Positions 23,863 to 36,351 of a stretch of 64,000 bases of DNA are shown here, piece by piece (within the stretch, counting starts at the first letter, position 1; each line of letters starts with the position of its first letter). The notes beneath the pieces were generated by a model, which saw only the letters and a list, made by a program, of their open reading frames with translations, was not told the origin of the DNA and did no database searches. Source of the DNA: Malacoraja senta (lineage: Eukaryota); assembly GCA_038087875.1 (NCBI GenBank), contig CM075980.1, positions 1,612,001 to 1,676,000 on the forward strand, given 5' to 3'. Position numbers and translations under genes: made by a program.

Positions 23863-25507
23863 CACGTGCCTTTGCCTCACTTCCAGCTTCCCCCCCCCCA
23901 CCCCCCCTCTGACCTCAATAAGCCTGGCAGATTAATGGCTCCTCTTGGTATGAAGTGTAACACGGTGGTCTACACAGCCCCTGTACTGCATTAAGTCCAA
24001 TCCAGTGATTGTACAGGAGAAAGCTGGAAGAGAGAAGGGGCAGGACAAGGCATGGCAGGTCGTAGGTGGTCACAGGACGAGGTTGTTTTTGATGGACACA
24101 TGGTTGGACAAAGTTTGGAGATGAAACTCAAAGTGGCACTGGCATTGCATGCTTTGCGTTTTTTTTTTTTTTAATTTGATCTTGGTATTGCAAGTAAATT
24201 AAGTGAGTGTATTTCAAAGATATTTTCAATGCAAAATTTCAACTTTAATCAGAAAGAAAATAAATTTGCGTTTTGGCATATTTCAGAAATTGTAAGTACA
24301 CTCCTCTCAAGTGTTTAGTTCAGAGAATGGAAGAAGTCCAGTCGCGAGTGTCATTTGGCCTGAAACGGAACAATGAAATTACTGACAGCAGCCTAACAGA
24401 TTTGTAAGCATAATACTCTGTAATTCTCATAATTAATAAATAAAAGAAAGTTCATTCTGTAAATAAAAAAACAAGTGGACAATAATAGTGCACAAATTGC
24501 GCCTTTGGCCCACTGAATCTGTGCTGCCCACCAATCACCCGTTCACACTAGTTCTATGTTATCCCACTTTCTCATCCATTCCCTACACAATTGTGGGGCA
24601 GTTTGCAGCAGCCAACCACAAACCCTGTGGCAGCTATTATCCTCAGCTAACTCCCACAAGCAGTCAGTTAGTGACGCTTTGTTCTTGATGTTTAATAATA
24701 GACAATCTAGCGTAGATGAGGCATCTTGGTCTGCATGGGCAATGTGGGCCGAAGGGCCTTTTCCCATGATGTATGGTGCTAGGGCTAATGCCGTTTAAAG
24801 AAATGATGTAATTCAGTGCTGCCTTTTCTTGAAAACTGGACAAAGCTGAAACACCAATGTAGAAGTCGCATCTGACCCCAGATGAAGTTTGAATATCAAC
24901 TTTTCCATTTGGAAAGGAAAATATTAGCAATGGCCAAGTTTTAAATTTGGATAACAGTAAAAAAAAAAAGACTGTTCGAGTTGTCTCATCATAGTGCTGT
25001 TTCAATAAGTTTCTTTGGCTTGATGCCTTGCACTAGAAATAGTTTGGATAATGCTTCATTCCAATACTGGCCATATTTTATCCTGAAACATTCCTGAGCT
25101 TTAAAACAAACACTGGATGAATTTGATCTCGAGCCTGTGAATAACTGGCATAGCTGTGGCTGTGAGGACCCTCATTGCTACCATAATTGGTAACTGCCAA
25201 AAGTTAGAAGTGTGTGTGATTCAGCAGTAGCCTGTTGAAGTTGACAGGTCTGCTGTATTCCCCTTGATAAAGTCATAGATATGAAACATGTTCTGGGCTG
25301 TTTTTGAAGTGGTTATTTTAATACTTTTCATCCAGTGCTGCGGATCAAGAAAACGTGGAGTAATTTAAGCCACATTTATCTTTGAGTAGAGGAAGGGGTG
25401 CATTTAAAAACGACTTGCAACAAATAATAACACAAAGGTTATTATTGGAGCATGTTAAAATAAATACTTATCGCACAATCAGTAGGATAATTCACCATTC
25501 ATTTGAA

Positions 25508-25810
25508 GGGTTAGTTTAGTTTAGAGATGCTGCTCTGTTTTGAGATACCGACTTTGCGCCGACCAGCGATCCCCGCACGCTAGCACTATCCTACACACAC
25601 GAGGGACGATTTGTAATTTCACTGAAGCCAATTAACCTACAGACCTGTAAGTCTTTGGAGTGTGGAAGGAAACCGGAGCACCCAGCGAAAATCCATGTGG
25701 CCACAGAGAGAACGTACAAACTCCGTACAGACAGCACCCGTAGTCAGGATTGAACCCGGATCTCTGCAGCTGTGAGGCAGCAACTCTACTGCTGTTTCAC
25801 TGTACTGCTC
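25508..25810 (-). mobile_element. HE1-like V-SINE
   Basis: Reverse complement has head, V-domain and (CTAAA)n tail. Confidence 0.8.
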
Positions 25811-27898
25811 TCTGTGCCGCGCTCTGTTAGTTTCTGTTGGTTCAATTCATGACTTTTCAGGAAGAACAGTCTGTTTTGATAATTTACTTCTGTAATGATC
25901 ATTCTCGCCGGGTCCACTTTAATTTCCCCTCATTCCAAAGCGTAGTCTGACTTCCAACTGAAACATCAATCCCTGGATTTTAAACTGTTCCTCTTACAAA
26001 CACGAGTTTAGGTATTTTGGATTTAGTTACGAATGAGTGTGAAGTAAAAGAATTGGTGATTACTTAAAAACATCTCATTTAAGAATTGCACTTTCAGGAA
26101 CTGTTTGAGGATATAATAGTTTTGGTGCAGCTTTGGTATTTGAGAAATCTATGCAGTGTAAAATGGTGCACTCGCTTGTACACCAAGCAATGTAACAATT
26201 TGGCAACTGCACGCTCAAATTGGAAGTTAAACTCGGCAGTAAAATGTTGGCACGAGCACACAAATGTAACATCCTGAAGCTCTTGTGTGTCGTATAAAAG
26301 ACGTTGTACAGCACTGCTTGCAGTTTCAAAATAAGGCTTGTTTTGCATGATTGTGCCAAGTTAAATTTCATTATAAAACTCAGCTCTATTGCCGCAGCCT
26401 GGGCATTTCTCTGAGTGAAACGTGTATGGGTGAATGCAAAATCGCCTTTAAATTGATTTACATCTTTTACCGTCCTATTCTAAACAAAGTACAAGGATAC
26501 CAAACTTTTTTTTATCCAGATACTTGAACTCCAAATGTAGAATCATACTTTTGAAAATGTGTGATGCAGAAGGCACTTTGTCCCACGTTTGGCATTTGAT
26601 ATGTAACCCCGCTGGTCACTGCTGAGTCACTGTCAAACTGCACAGAAATGAGCCCTTCAGTTAGGGGATGGGGAAGGAGGCACCCTTACAATAAACCTTG
26701 AGAAGAGAAGCTCTGTTTTAATTCTTTAAAGTAAACTCCAAAGACAATGCATTCATATTGTCCTTGGCTTCTGCTGATTAGGGTGTGACCAGCTGTTTGC
26801 CTTGAATGAGTTTTCTGCTGTGACTGTTTAACTGTTGACTGCACATGCTCTGTATTTTGGGATGGGCATCAGTCAAGGGCGGTTGCAGCAAAATCTATTA
26901 GTAGTTCCGTTTGTGGCTGACTGCGTCTTCTTGGAGCCAAGGTAAGGAAAAGGTTGGTGTGGGGGAGGGCGAAATGGTGAGGGATTACTCGCGGAAGGAA
27001 TGCCAGCAGTTCATTAGGAAGGACCATTAAAAATACTTGGAACTGACCTCTGAATAGACCCGGAGATGAGCAGGTCCACAGATCCTTGAAGCTGGGGCTT
27101 TACGAGAAGCCGATGCAATTTAAGTACTTTGTATGTATATAAGGAATTTGAGTGACTGCTGCAGGAGAAGGTTGGAAAACAGACACATGTGAAGGTGAGA
27201 GACTGCAGGACAGGAGATTTTAAAGATAATCTGCTGAAGAATCCCGTTCCTGACTCTGGGGAATTGTGAATAATGGAGCTGGCTGGTAGAAGGAATGTAA
27301 ATACTCAAGTCTTGTGTTAGTCTTTTGAGCTCCAAACAAGCAAATATCTTTCAAATCTGCAATGGTGAAACTAGCACGTGAATATTTTATTCTTACTTAA
27401 TTTGAGATTAAAGATAAGTGTTTTGCCACCTTGGCAGTGTGCTGTGTGTAGCTTTGTTAATTTAGTTCTATTTATTTTTGGTTCTAATTACTAAGCATTA
27501 ATTGGTGATATTAAGCTACCAATTTATTGACATGACTACAGGGAAGTGGAATCCTCGATACATTGCAATGTGTGTGTGGGGAGGGGGAGTGGCATATCTT
27601 TTTATGCTCTGATTTCTGATTGTTTAGGGATAGAAAATACAGCTGGTGAGTTTGAAATCTAATACAGCGCAGGCAACAATCGAGTTTGAGCGGTTGGAAG
27701 TGTTAAACCACTCACTTTACAGTGTTCAGAACAAAGACGAAGAGCATATCCACAGAGGCTTAAATTCAAAATTGTTTTGGGGGGCTTGGATGCTGTTACG
27801 TTTGAGATTAAATGAGTCTTGTCAGAACCTGCGCTGAGTTCCGTACTGTGTTGAAGGAAGTATAAACAGTTTTGGAAAATGCAAGTTCTGAAGTTAAA

Positions 27899-28022
27899 GT
27901 CTGAAGAAGGGTCTCGACCCGAAATGTCACCCGCTCCTTCTCTCCAGATAGGCTGCCTGTCCCGCTGAGTTACTCCAGCTTTTTGTGTATCTTCGGGTGA
28001 AACCAGCATCCCTTCCTACACA
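27899..28022 (+). mobile_element. Solo PLE terminal repeat starting at the hammerhead-like motif
   Basis: GTCTGAAGAAGGGTCTCGACCCGAAATGTCACC...GCTGAGTTACTCCAGC. Confidence 0.75.
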
Positions 28023-28654
28023 AGTAGTAAGATGTGTTGTGTATCAGGCATTACCTGTTGTGTACATCGGGAATTAACAGCTGCAGATGATGGACCTTGA
28101 TTTGTCTGACGAACACTCCCAACCCTAAACGTCACCGATCCATTTTCTCCAGGGATGTTGCCTGACCCACTGAATTATTCCAGCATTTTGTGTCATGAGC
28201 TTAATTTGTTGTCTTCTATTTTAGCATCAAGATCAGTATCAAAAACAGTTGATTTGTGCTATTCAACTCCACAGTATTTATGGACTTGTTCATGATCCAT
28301 CCTGTGTTTTTGTTAAAATGTGTACTTTTGTACAGTGTTGGTTTGACACCTTTTTGGCCATTGTTTAACTCACTGCATGCATACGTTGCATTCATGAGGT
28401 TATTTGTCAGCTTCTGCTGTTGGGCCAAGTTAAAGTGAATACATCTGTGTGCCGTACGGCAATTGGAAGCAGTCATGCTTTCAGTGTCCTTGGGTGACAG
28501 GATTTTATAATTTCCATGCCAGTTAGATTTTTTTATTGAAGTTGAAGTTCTATTGCTTTTCCATACCCTGGAATCACCATTCTTTGATTTTTCTTGCGTC
28601 TTCATGGTTGTTACCAGATGTTTGTGAAATGTAACCTTAATTCACCCTGGCAAC

Positions 28655-28870
28655 ACAAGGCGCTGCAGATTCTGGTGTAAGAGTGACATGAAATATTGGA
28701 GTAACTCAATGGGTCAAGCAGCATCTCTGGAGAATGTGAGTAGAACATGGAGACATTTGGGGTCCGGTCTGAAGAATGGTCATTACTAAACATCACCTAT
28801 TCAAGTTCTCCAGAGATGCTGCCTGACCTGCTGAGTTTACTCCCAGGATTCAGTGTCTTTTTTTTTTTCT
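28655..28870. mobile_element. PLE-terminus fold-back element with degenerate TSD
   Basis: Flanks TAATTCACCCTGGCA and TAAGTCACCCTTGCA. Confidence 0.7.
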
Positions 28871-29617
28871 TTAAGTCACCCTTGCAGCTGAAAAGACTTA
28901 CTTGCATTAACCTTGTACTTCTGTAAGCAGCAATTCTGTGCATAACCAGATATTTGGGGTCCTTGATTATTTAGTTCTCTTTCCATTCCGTGGTCCAGAA
29001 AATGTCCTTCTGGTCCAGCAAATCATTGAGAGACCAAGGCAAAAGCTTTTCACTGTACCTCGGTACACTTGACAATAAACTAAACTAAACTGAAAACAAC
29101 ATTTACATAATAAAATTATTTTCAGGTGCAAGTAACCATTGTAAGAATTTAACCTTTCGGATGTTGTTGCAACTTGAGGTAAATGCTGGAATTTTTTTGG
29201 TGGGCAACTGCATTAACATTTTGTTGTGCAGAATACAGTTCTCAGCATTGAAGCGCATCAGTTCCACAGACAAAGTCCAATGTCTTCAATTCGCCTCTAC
29301 CGCACTGTAGACATTGGATTTTGTCTATAGAACTGATGCACTACAATACGGAGAACTATATCCTGGACTCTGTTTCTTCCCCTTTGCTCTATCTCTTGTA
29401 GATGAGTTTGACTTGATTGTATTTATGCATGGTATATCTGACTGCATGCAACGCAAAGCTTTTCACTGTACCCCCGGTACATGTGACAATGATAAACTTA
29501 AATTATGGACGAGCACTTTCAAATGTTGCCATTTATTAACTTTATCGAACTACTAATATGGCTTAACTCAGAGGCTATTTACAATTTTATGCCGCTGAAA
29601 ATATTCGGCAGACTTGT

Positions 29618-29950
29618 AGAAAGAAGGAACTGCAGGTGCTGGTTTACGGGGGAAAAAGACAGTGCTGGAATTACTCAGCGGTTCAGGCAGCATCTCTGGA
29701 GAACATGAACAGGTGACCTTTCAGGGTGCAACCCTTCTTCAGACAAATAATCCCAACGTTGTTATTGAACCCGCCGATAAAGGAGGTGCCGTTGTAGTTT
29801 TGTGGGCTGACCTCTACCATGCTGAGGCAAGGCGTCTACTCTCAGACACCTCATACAATCCTTTGAGTATCATCCCCAGTCTGAAGAAGGTTCCTGACCC
29901 AAAACATCGCCTATCCATGTTCTTTGAGATGCTGCCTGACCTGCTGAGTT
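29618..29950. mobile_element. PLE fold-back element enclosing a short PLE RT fragment
   Basis: Between the inverted termini the sequence translates NPNVVIEPADKGGAVVVLWADLYHAEARRLLSDTS (PLE RT motif 1-2 region). Confidence 0.8.
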
Positions 29951-30524
29951 ACCTCAGCCCTGAAGTGTCCTGTTACGTTACGCAGACTTGTGCTAACATA
30001 AAGCCCCTTTAAATTTATATTGTTGAAGCAGATGTCACATGCCTAAAGGTGCATCTCCAATGCTGATGATTTGAGCAGAGTGGGATGAAGATTTATAACA
30101 TCTCGCCCACATGTGACTGACGCTATCATGATGATTCGTAAAATGAAATGATATCCCAGAGCAAGCGTAGCTTGTTTTAGTCACGCCTCGTTCACTTTGG
30201 GAGCTGATGTCATCTGCTGCCAATTTGTACACACTTGATTCTAAAAATCCTTTACCCGCGGCTGAATTTCACTTCAGTAACAATTACATTAAATGACTCT
30301 CAATGCTCTTGGATATTCTTGGATTATTTACAATAAAATGCTTCTGCAATTTTGGTTGAATGTTGGGTTAACTGTTGGTGAATAATTTGTGAACAACTGA
30401 CTGAAAGCAAGTGGTAAATAATTGCTGCAAATTGGGGATGTTGAACTGATCTAAACACAAATGATGATTGATTGAGATTTAAATGCAGTGTGTGAGGGGT
30501 TGTTTTCATCTATCTCTGGAGCCT

Positions 30525-30760
30525 AGCGGTAGAGTTGCTGCCTCACAGCGCCAGAGACCTGGGTTCAATCCTGACTCTGGGTGCTGTTTGTACGGAGTTT
30601 GTACGTTCTCCCCGTGACCTGAGTGGGGTTTCTCTGGAATCTCGGGTTTCCACCCACAGTCCAAAAACATACAGGTTTGTAGGTTAAAATTGGCTTGGTT
30701 TAATTGTAAATTATCCCGACGTGGACTCGGTGGGCCGTAGGCCTTGTTTCAGCGCTGTTC
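30525..30760 (+). mobile_element. HE1-like V-SINE
   Basis: GCGGTAGAGTTGCTGCCTCACAGCGCCAGAGACCTGGGTTCAATCC head plus V-domain. Confidence 0.8.
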
Positions 30761-31799
30761 CGCAGGGTGGGGGCACAACATTTGACAAGTATTAAGATAA
30801 TCACTTGTATCACCAATGAAAAGAAGGTCTGTTAAATGGGACGTATCGATGAGACTTGCTAGTTGTATGGACGTTGTTGGACAAAGTGCCTATTTTCGTG
30901 CCGTATGTCGCTGTAACCCTATTTTAAGTGTATAAACCACACGCCTGTCGAGGTATCCCAAAACATTACCCATCCTTTTTCTCCAGAGATGCTGTCCAAC
31001 CTGCTGCGTTACTCGAGCACTTTGTGTCTATCTCTGCTCATGGTTGCCTGGAGGAGGCAGATTATTTTTGATGACGCTCTTGCTATCTCTTTGCTTTCAC
31101 ACATAACACTGCCTCAAATCACAGTAAAAATATTGTTCCACATTGTTGTTGTCATTCTCTCACAAAGTTGTGAAACCACAGGAGCTGTATCTCTTTTTAA
31201 ACCCTTTGATATTTTCCTTGGCTGTGTCAAATTAAATAATAAGTCATTGTGGCGTGGTAATGAAATTATTGAAGCTTCAGCTCAAAGCAAATTGACGCGA
31301 TGGAATTGTGGCTTTAGTTTGTGCACCACACTTTGCAGAGCTGTATGGAATGAGACTCATCTGTGACGCACGTTGGAAGAGAATGGAACATCTGTGGACA
31401 TTCAATAAAAATGTGTGCGTATAGTATTCTTCATAATTGCCGAAGCAAGCAAGCCCGTGTGCTGAAGGATAATCCATTGTTGTTGGTATTGTGCACTTCA
31501 TAACAAAGCACGCTCTACCCTGAACAAGTCTGAAGAACGGCCCTGACTCGAAATGTCACCTGTCCATGTTCTCCAGAGATGTTGCCTGACGCGCTGAGTT
31601 ACACCAGCACTTTGTGTCCTTTTGTGTAAAGCAGCATCTGCAGTTCCTTGTTTCTACTCTTATCTCTTATTCAGAATCTGCAACAACAAGGAGCTTTGGT
31701 GTCAACTGGAAAGTTAATGGAGTTTCTCACTCCACAGATGCTGCCTGACCAGGCTATTTCTAATATGTTTATTTTTTGCATTTCCAGCATTTTTTCCAT

Positions 31800-32115
31800 T
31801 ATAAAATCATGAGGTGAATAGATAGGGCAAAGGGTCTTTTACCCAGTGTAGGGGAAATCAGAAAAAAAGAGGACATAGGTTTGTGAGAAGGATAAGATTT
31901 AATGGGAATCTGAATGGCAACTTTTTCCATTCAGAGGGTGGTGAGTATGGAACGAGCTGGCAGAGGAAGTAGTTGGGGCTGATACAATGACAAGATTTAC
32001 AAAAAACTGGACAGGTATTTGGAGAGGAAAGGTTTAGTGGGATACGGGCTAAACGTGGGCAAATGGGACTTGCGTAGATGGGGCATCTGGGTCGCCATGG
32101 GCAAGTTGGGCCACA
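31800..32115 (+). mobile_element. CR1/HER1 3' fragment
   Basis: AAAATCATGAGG...AGAGGGTGGTGAG..TGGAACGAGCTG motifs. Confidence 0.75.
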
Positions 32116-33044
32116 GGGAGAGAATATCGATACGGGATGTTTTGGATCAGGACCCTGATTCAGTCTTGGGGAATAAAAGAACTGGTTTCAAGCAATATAA
32201 AGGTTTGTAGACTCGTCTGGCAGCACATTTATAGACCTGGCTTACAGATAAAATCTTCAATATTAATAGAAATTCTTGTTGCTATTACTGCCTTGCATTT
32301 TCAAAAAATTGTGTGATGACCAACAGTGTGGCAAAACTGTGATGTTGGCACGATCAACTTAATAAAAACCTAAATTTCATCTTTAGTGACTGCATTCCCA
32401 TTGATCACTTGACGCAGTGCCAGGTAAAATAGTCTTTGTTGATAAGAACATTTGAATTGTGTTTGCAATATACTAACGTTTGTATCTGTGGTCACAAATT
32501 CACTGAGTATGTGGAATGGCTGAGTTATATTTTGACTAAGTTGCTGCATTTGCAATAAAACTTGTTAAATTTAGTGCCTCCGCATCAGAAATGTACTTAA
32601 ACACAATGGTATGATATAAGGGGTCAGAATTTTATTCGTAATCTGAATTAAAGATGCCCTTGATTACTGGGTATTGTTTGGGATTCAATGCATTACAGTA
32701 GTCGGTTTTGAATGAATCAGATTGTGGAACACAGTGGTGGAGTAACTCAGCGGGTCAGGCAGCATCTCTGAAGGACGTGAGGATATGGACAAGTGACCTT
32801 TTGGGTCGGGACCCTTCCGATTGATTCCTATTCTTGGTCCTGACCTGAAATGTCCTCCAGAGATGCTACCTGACCCACTGAGTTACTCCAGCACTTTACA
32901 CAAGATTCCAGCATCTGCAGTTATTGTGCCCCAACCCAAAGGTACTTAGCGATGTATGAAGACGACAGAAGATGAGACTTTTAAAATTCTAGACTAGATT
33001 TCAGTGTGAGCTACTAATATTTTACCTAGACCTACCTCATCTTG

Positions 33045-33378
33045 GCGTAGATAGAGTGGATGAAGAGGATGTTTCCAGTCGTGGGAGAGTCTAGAACCAG
33101 CAGGCATGGTCTCAGAATAAAAGGACTTGTCTTTAGAATGGAGATGATTAGGATTTTCTTTAGCCAGAGGGTGGTGAATCTATGGAATTAATTTCCACAC
33201 AAGACAGTGGAGGCTAAGTCATTGGTTATTTTTAAAACACAGATTGATTGGTTCTTGATTAGTAAGGGTGTCAACGTTTACAGGGAGAAGGCAGAAGAAT
33301 GGGGTCGAAAGAGAAAATTAGATCAGGCATGACTGTATGGCGGAGTAGACTCAATGGGCTGAATGGCCTAATTCTGCT
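33045..33378 (+). mobile_element. CR1 3' fragment
   Basis: GATAGAGTGGATG..GAGGATGTTTCC...AGCCAGAGGGTGGTGAATCT...GAATGGCCTAATTCTGCT. Confidence 0.8.
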
Positions 33379-33382
33379 CGGA

Positions 33383-34245
33383 GTCACAGTGATACAGTGT
33401 GGAAACAGCCCAACTTGCCCACACCGGCCAACAATGTCCCAGCTACTCTAATCCCACTTAGTCCATATCCCTCCAAATCTGTCCGATCCATGTACCTGTC
33501 TGTTTCTTAAGCAATTGGATAGTCCCAGCCACAGTACCTCCTCTGGCAGCTTGTTCCATACACCCACTCCACTTTGCATGAAAAAGTTACCCCTCGAATT
33601 CCTATTAAATCTTTTCCCCTTCACTTTGAACCTCTGGTCCTCGATTCCCCTACTTTGGGCAAAGACTCTGTGTGTCTACCTGATGTATTCCTCTCATGAT
33701 TTTGTGTACCTCTATAAGATCTCCCTTCATCCTCCTGTGCTCCATTGAATTGAGACCCAGCCTACTCAACCTCTCCCAATAGCTCGCACCCTCTAGCCCT
33801 GGCAACATCCTCGTAAATCTTTTCTGAACCCTTTCAAGCATGACAATATCTTTCCTATAACATGGTGCCCAGAACTGAACACAATTTTCTAAATGTGGTC
33901 TCACCAACATCTTATACAACTGCAACATAACCTCCCAACTTCTACACTCAATACTCTGACTGATGAAGGCCAAAGTGCCAATAGCCTTTATGACCACCTT
34001 ATCTACCTGCAACTCAACCTTCAAGGAGCCATGCACCTGTACTCCTAGATCCCTCTGGTATACAACACTACCCAGAGGCCTACCACTTACTGTGTAGATC
34101 CTGTTCGATGTCTGTAAATGCAACACCTCACACTTCTCTGTATTAAATTCCATCAACCATTCCTCCGCCCACCTGGCCAATCGATCCAGATCACTGCTGC
34201 AATCTTTCCCAACCATCTTCACTATCTGCAAAACCACTCACTTTT
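33383..34245 (-). mobile_element. CR1/HER1 LINE fragment, tail-to-tail with the previous copy
   Basis: ORF 33650-34237: DLDRLARWAEEWLMEFNTEKCEVLH...LYKMLVRPHLENCVQFWAP...LERVQKRFTRMLPGL. Confidence 0.9.
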
Positions 34246-34474
34246 GTATTCTATGCCTTATGAACTTATTTGTGAGGACGTAATCCGCTATCAAATGAGG
34301 ATGTATCAGTCACTACAACATGTAACCTCGTGGAGCTGTGATTTTATTCGTAAGAAGAACTTTTAAGATAGCAATAATTTTTCATAGATAAAATTAACTC
34401 ACTCTATTTTATGATCAAAGTCAAATTTTTATTGGCATTCAATATTAACATCTTTGATGAATATTCTTGAACAT

Positions 34475-34848
34475 TAGAAACGTACAAGATTCTTATGGGG
34501 ATGGACAGGCTAGATGCAGGAAGATTGTTCCCGATGTTGGGGAAGTCCAGGACAAGGGGTCACAGCTTAAGGATAAGGGGGAAATCCTTTAAGACCGAGA
34601 TGAGGAAAAACTTTTTCACACAGAGAGTGGTGAATCTCTGGAACTCTCTGCCACAGAGGGTAGTTGAGGCCAGTTCATTGGCTATATTTAAGAGGGAATT
34701 AGATGTGGCCCTTGTGGCTAAAGGGATCAGGGGGTATGGAGAGAAGGCAGGTACGGGATACTGAGTTGGATGATCAGCCATGATCGTATTGAATGGCGGT
34801 GCAGGCTCGAAGGGCCGAATGGCCTACTCCTGCACCTAATTTCTATGT
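34475..34848 (+). mobile_element. Young CR1 3' fragment, nearly identical to 43955-44336
   Basis: Translation RTRGHSLRIRGKSFKTEMRKNFFTQRVVNLWNSLPQRVVEA; TTTCTATG tail. Confidence 0.9.
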
Positions 34849-34918
34849 ATTAGCCAACTGCAGGGGGGTTAAATTGAAAAACTTGCATGTTCTTCAACCC
34901 AGATAAGGGTTTAAAAAT

Positions 34919-35104
34919 AGATAGGCACAAAATGCTGGCGTAACTCAGCGGGTCAGGAAGCATCTCTGGAGAAGAGGAATAGAAAAATCCCGATCCGAAC
35001 CGCCACCACTCCTTTTTATTAGGAATTGCTGCCTGATCCGCTGAGTACCTCCAGCATTTTAGGTCTTCGGTGTAAACCAGCATTTGCAATTCCTTCATAT
35101 ACAT
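34919..35104. mobile_element. PLE-terminus fold-back element with TSD
   Basis: Flanks TAAGGGTTTAAAAAT and TAAGGATTTAAAAAT. Confidence 0.75.
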
Positions 35105-36035
35105 TAAGGATTTAAAAATGTTATGTGACTAAATTCAACATCAAAAACAAGATGGATACCTAGATAACCGCTATAAAACAGAGGTTAAAAGCTTATGAGG
35201 CATAATTGGCCAGGCTAGCTTTTACCCACTATGTTTAAAAGAATGAGATGGGACTTGATTGGAATCTAACATTCCCATGGTCTTGGGTAAGTTGAAAGCT
35301 GGTGGAGGAACTCAGCAGGCCAGGCAGCATCTGTGCAGGGAAATGAACAGAGGATGTTTTGGGTCGGGAAGAAAGGTCCCAACCGGCTGCCTAACTCGTA
35401 GTCTGATGAAGGGTTCTGACCCGAAACACCACCTATATTCTCCAAAGATGCTGCCTGACCCACTGAGTTACTCCTGCATTGTGTGTGTATCTCAGCAATT
35501 TTTTGCTCAAGACATTGCATATGCATGAAAACTAGGAAATATAAGTATTCACACAGACACTTGCTTCTCTTACAAGCATTTCCAACTTTCTCCGGCAAAA
35601 CACCAAGTGCTGGAGGATCTCGGGCAGCACATTCCAGGCACGCACCAAAAAAAACCTGTCCTGTACATCTCTTTTAAACTTTGCACCTCTCACCTTTAAA
35701 CCTATGCCCTCGAGTCCTTGACATAAATTTGGACACAGGAATTTACAAGGGAAAGGCAACAACGGGAAATTAATGTTGATATAAATTTACTATTTTAACC
35801 AACCTTGTGATTTCCCATTCCCGGACGTGCTGCCACATACTCTCAACTTTATCTCAATCTGTTATTCCATTACTGTACTTTAATACTTTTCTGCACTACA
35901 CCAGCTTTGCACGATGATCTAGCACCATTCTGCTGTTTTGCACTCATTGTATTTATCAAAACTCTCTGTGCACTGTTTGAGCTTCATGTGAACAAGATAT
36001 TTCATTGTGTCCTTGTGTATATGACAATAAATTAA

Positions 36036-36351
36036 AGGGCCTGTCCCACTTTCGTGACCTTTACAGGCGACTGCCGGCACCCGTGATAGGTCGCCGAGAT
36101 TTTCAACATGTTGAAAATTCAGCAGCGACCAGAAAGACGCTACGACTCTTTGGAGACCTCTCACAACCACAGGAGACCTCTCACGACCATACAGGCGAAC
36201 CCTGCCGACAGCCTGTATGGTCGTGAGAGGTCTCCAAAGAGTCGTAACATCTTTCTGGTAGCCGCTGAATTTTCAACATGTTGAAAATTTCGGGGACCTA
36301 TCACGAGTGCCGGCAGTCGCCTGTAAAGTTCGTGAAAGTGGGACAGGCTCT
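36036..36351. mobile_element. Palindromic (fold-back) MITE, PIF/Harbinger- or Kolobok-like
   Basis: Whole element self-complementary: AGGGCCTGTCCCACTTT...AAAGTGGGACAGGCTCT; flanks TAA and TTA; two internal TTTTCAACATGTTGAAAA palindromes. Confidence 0.85.
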
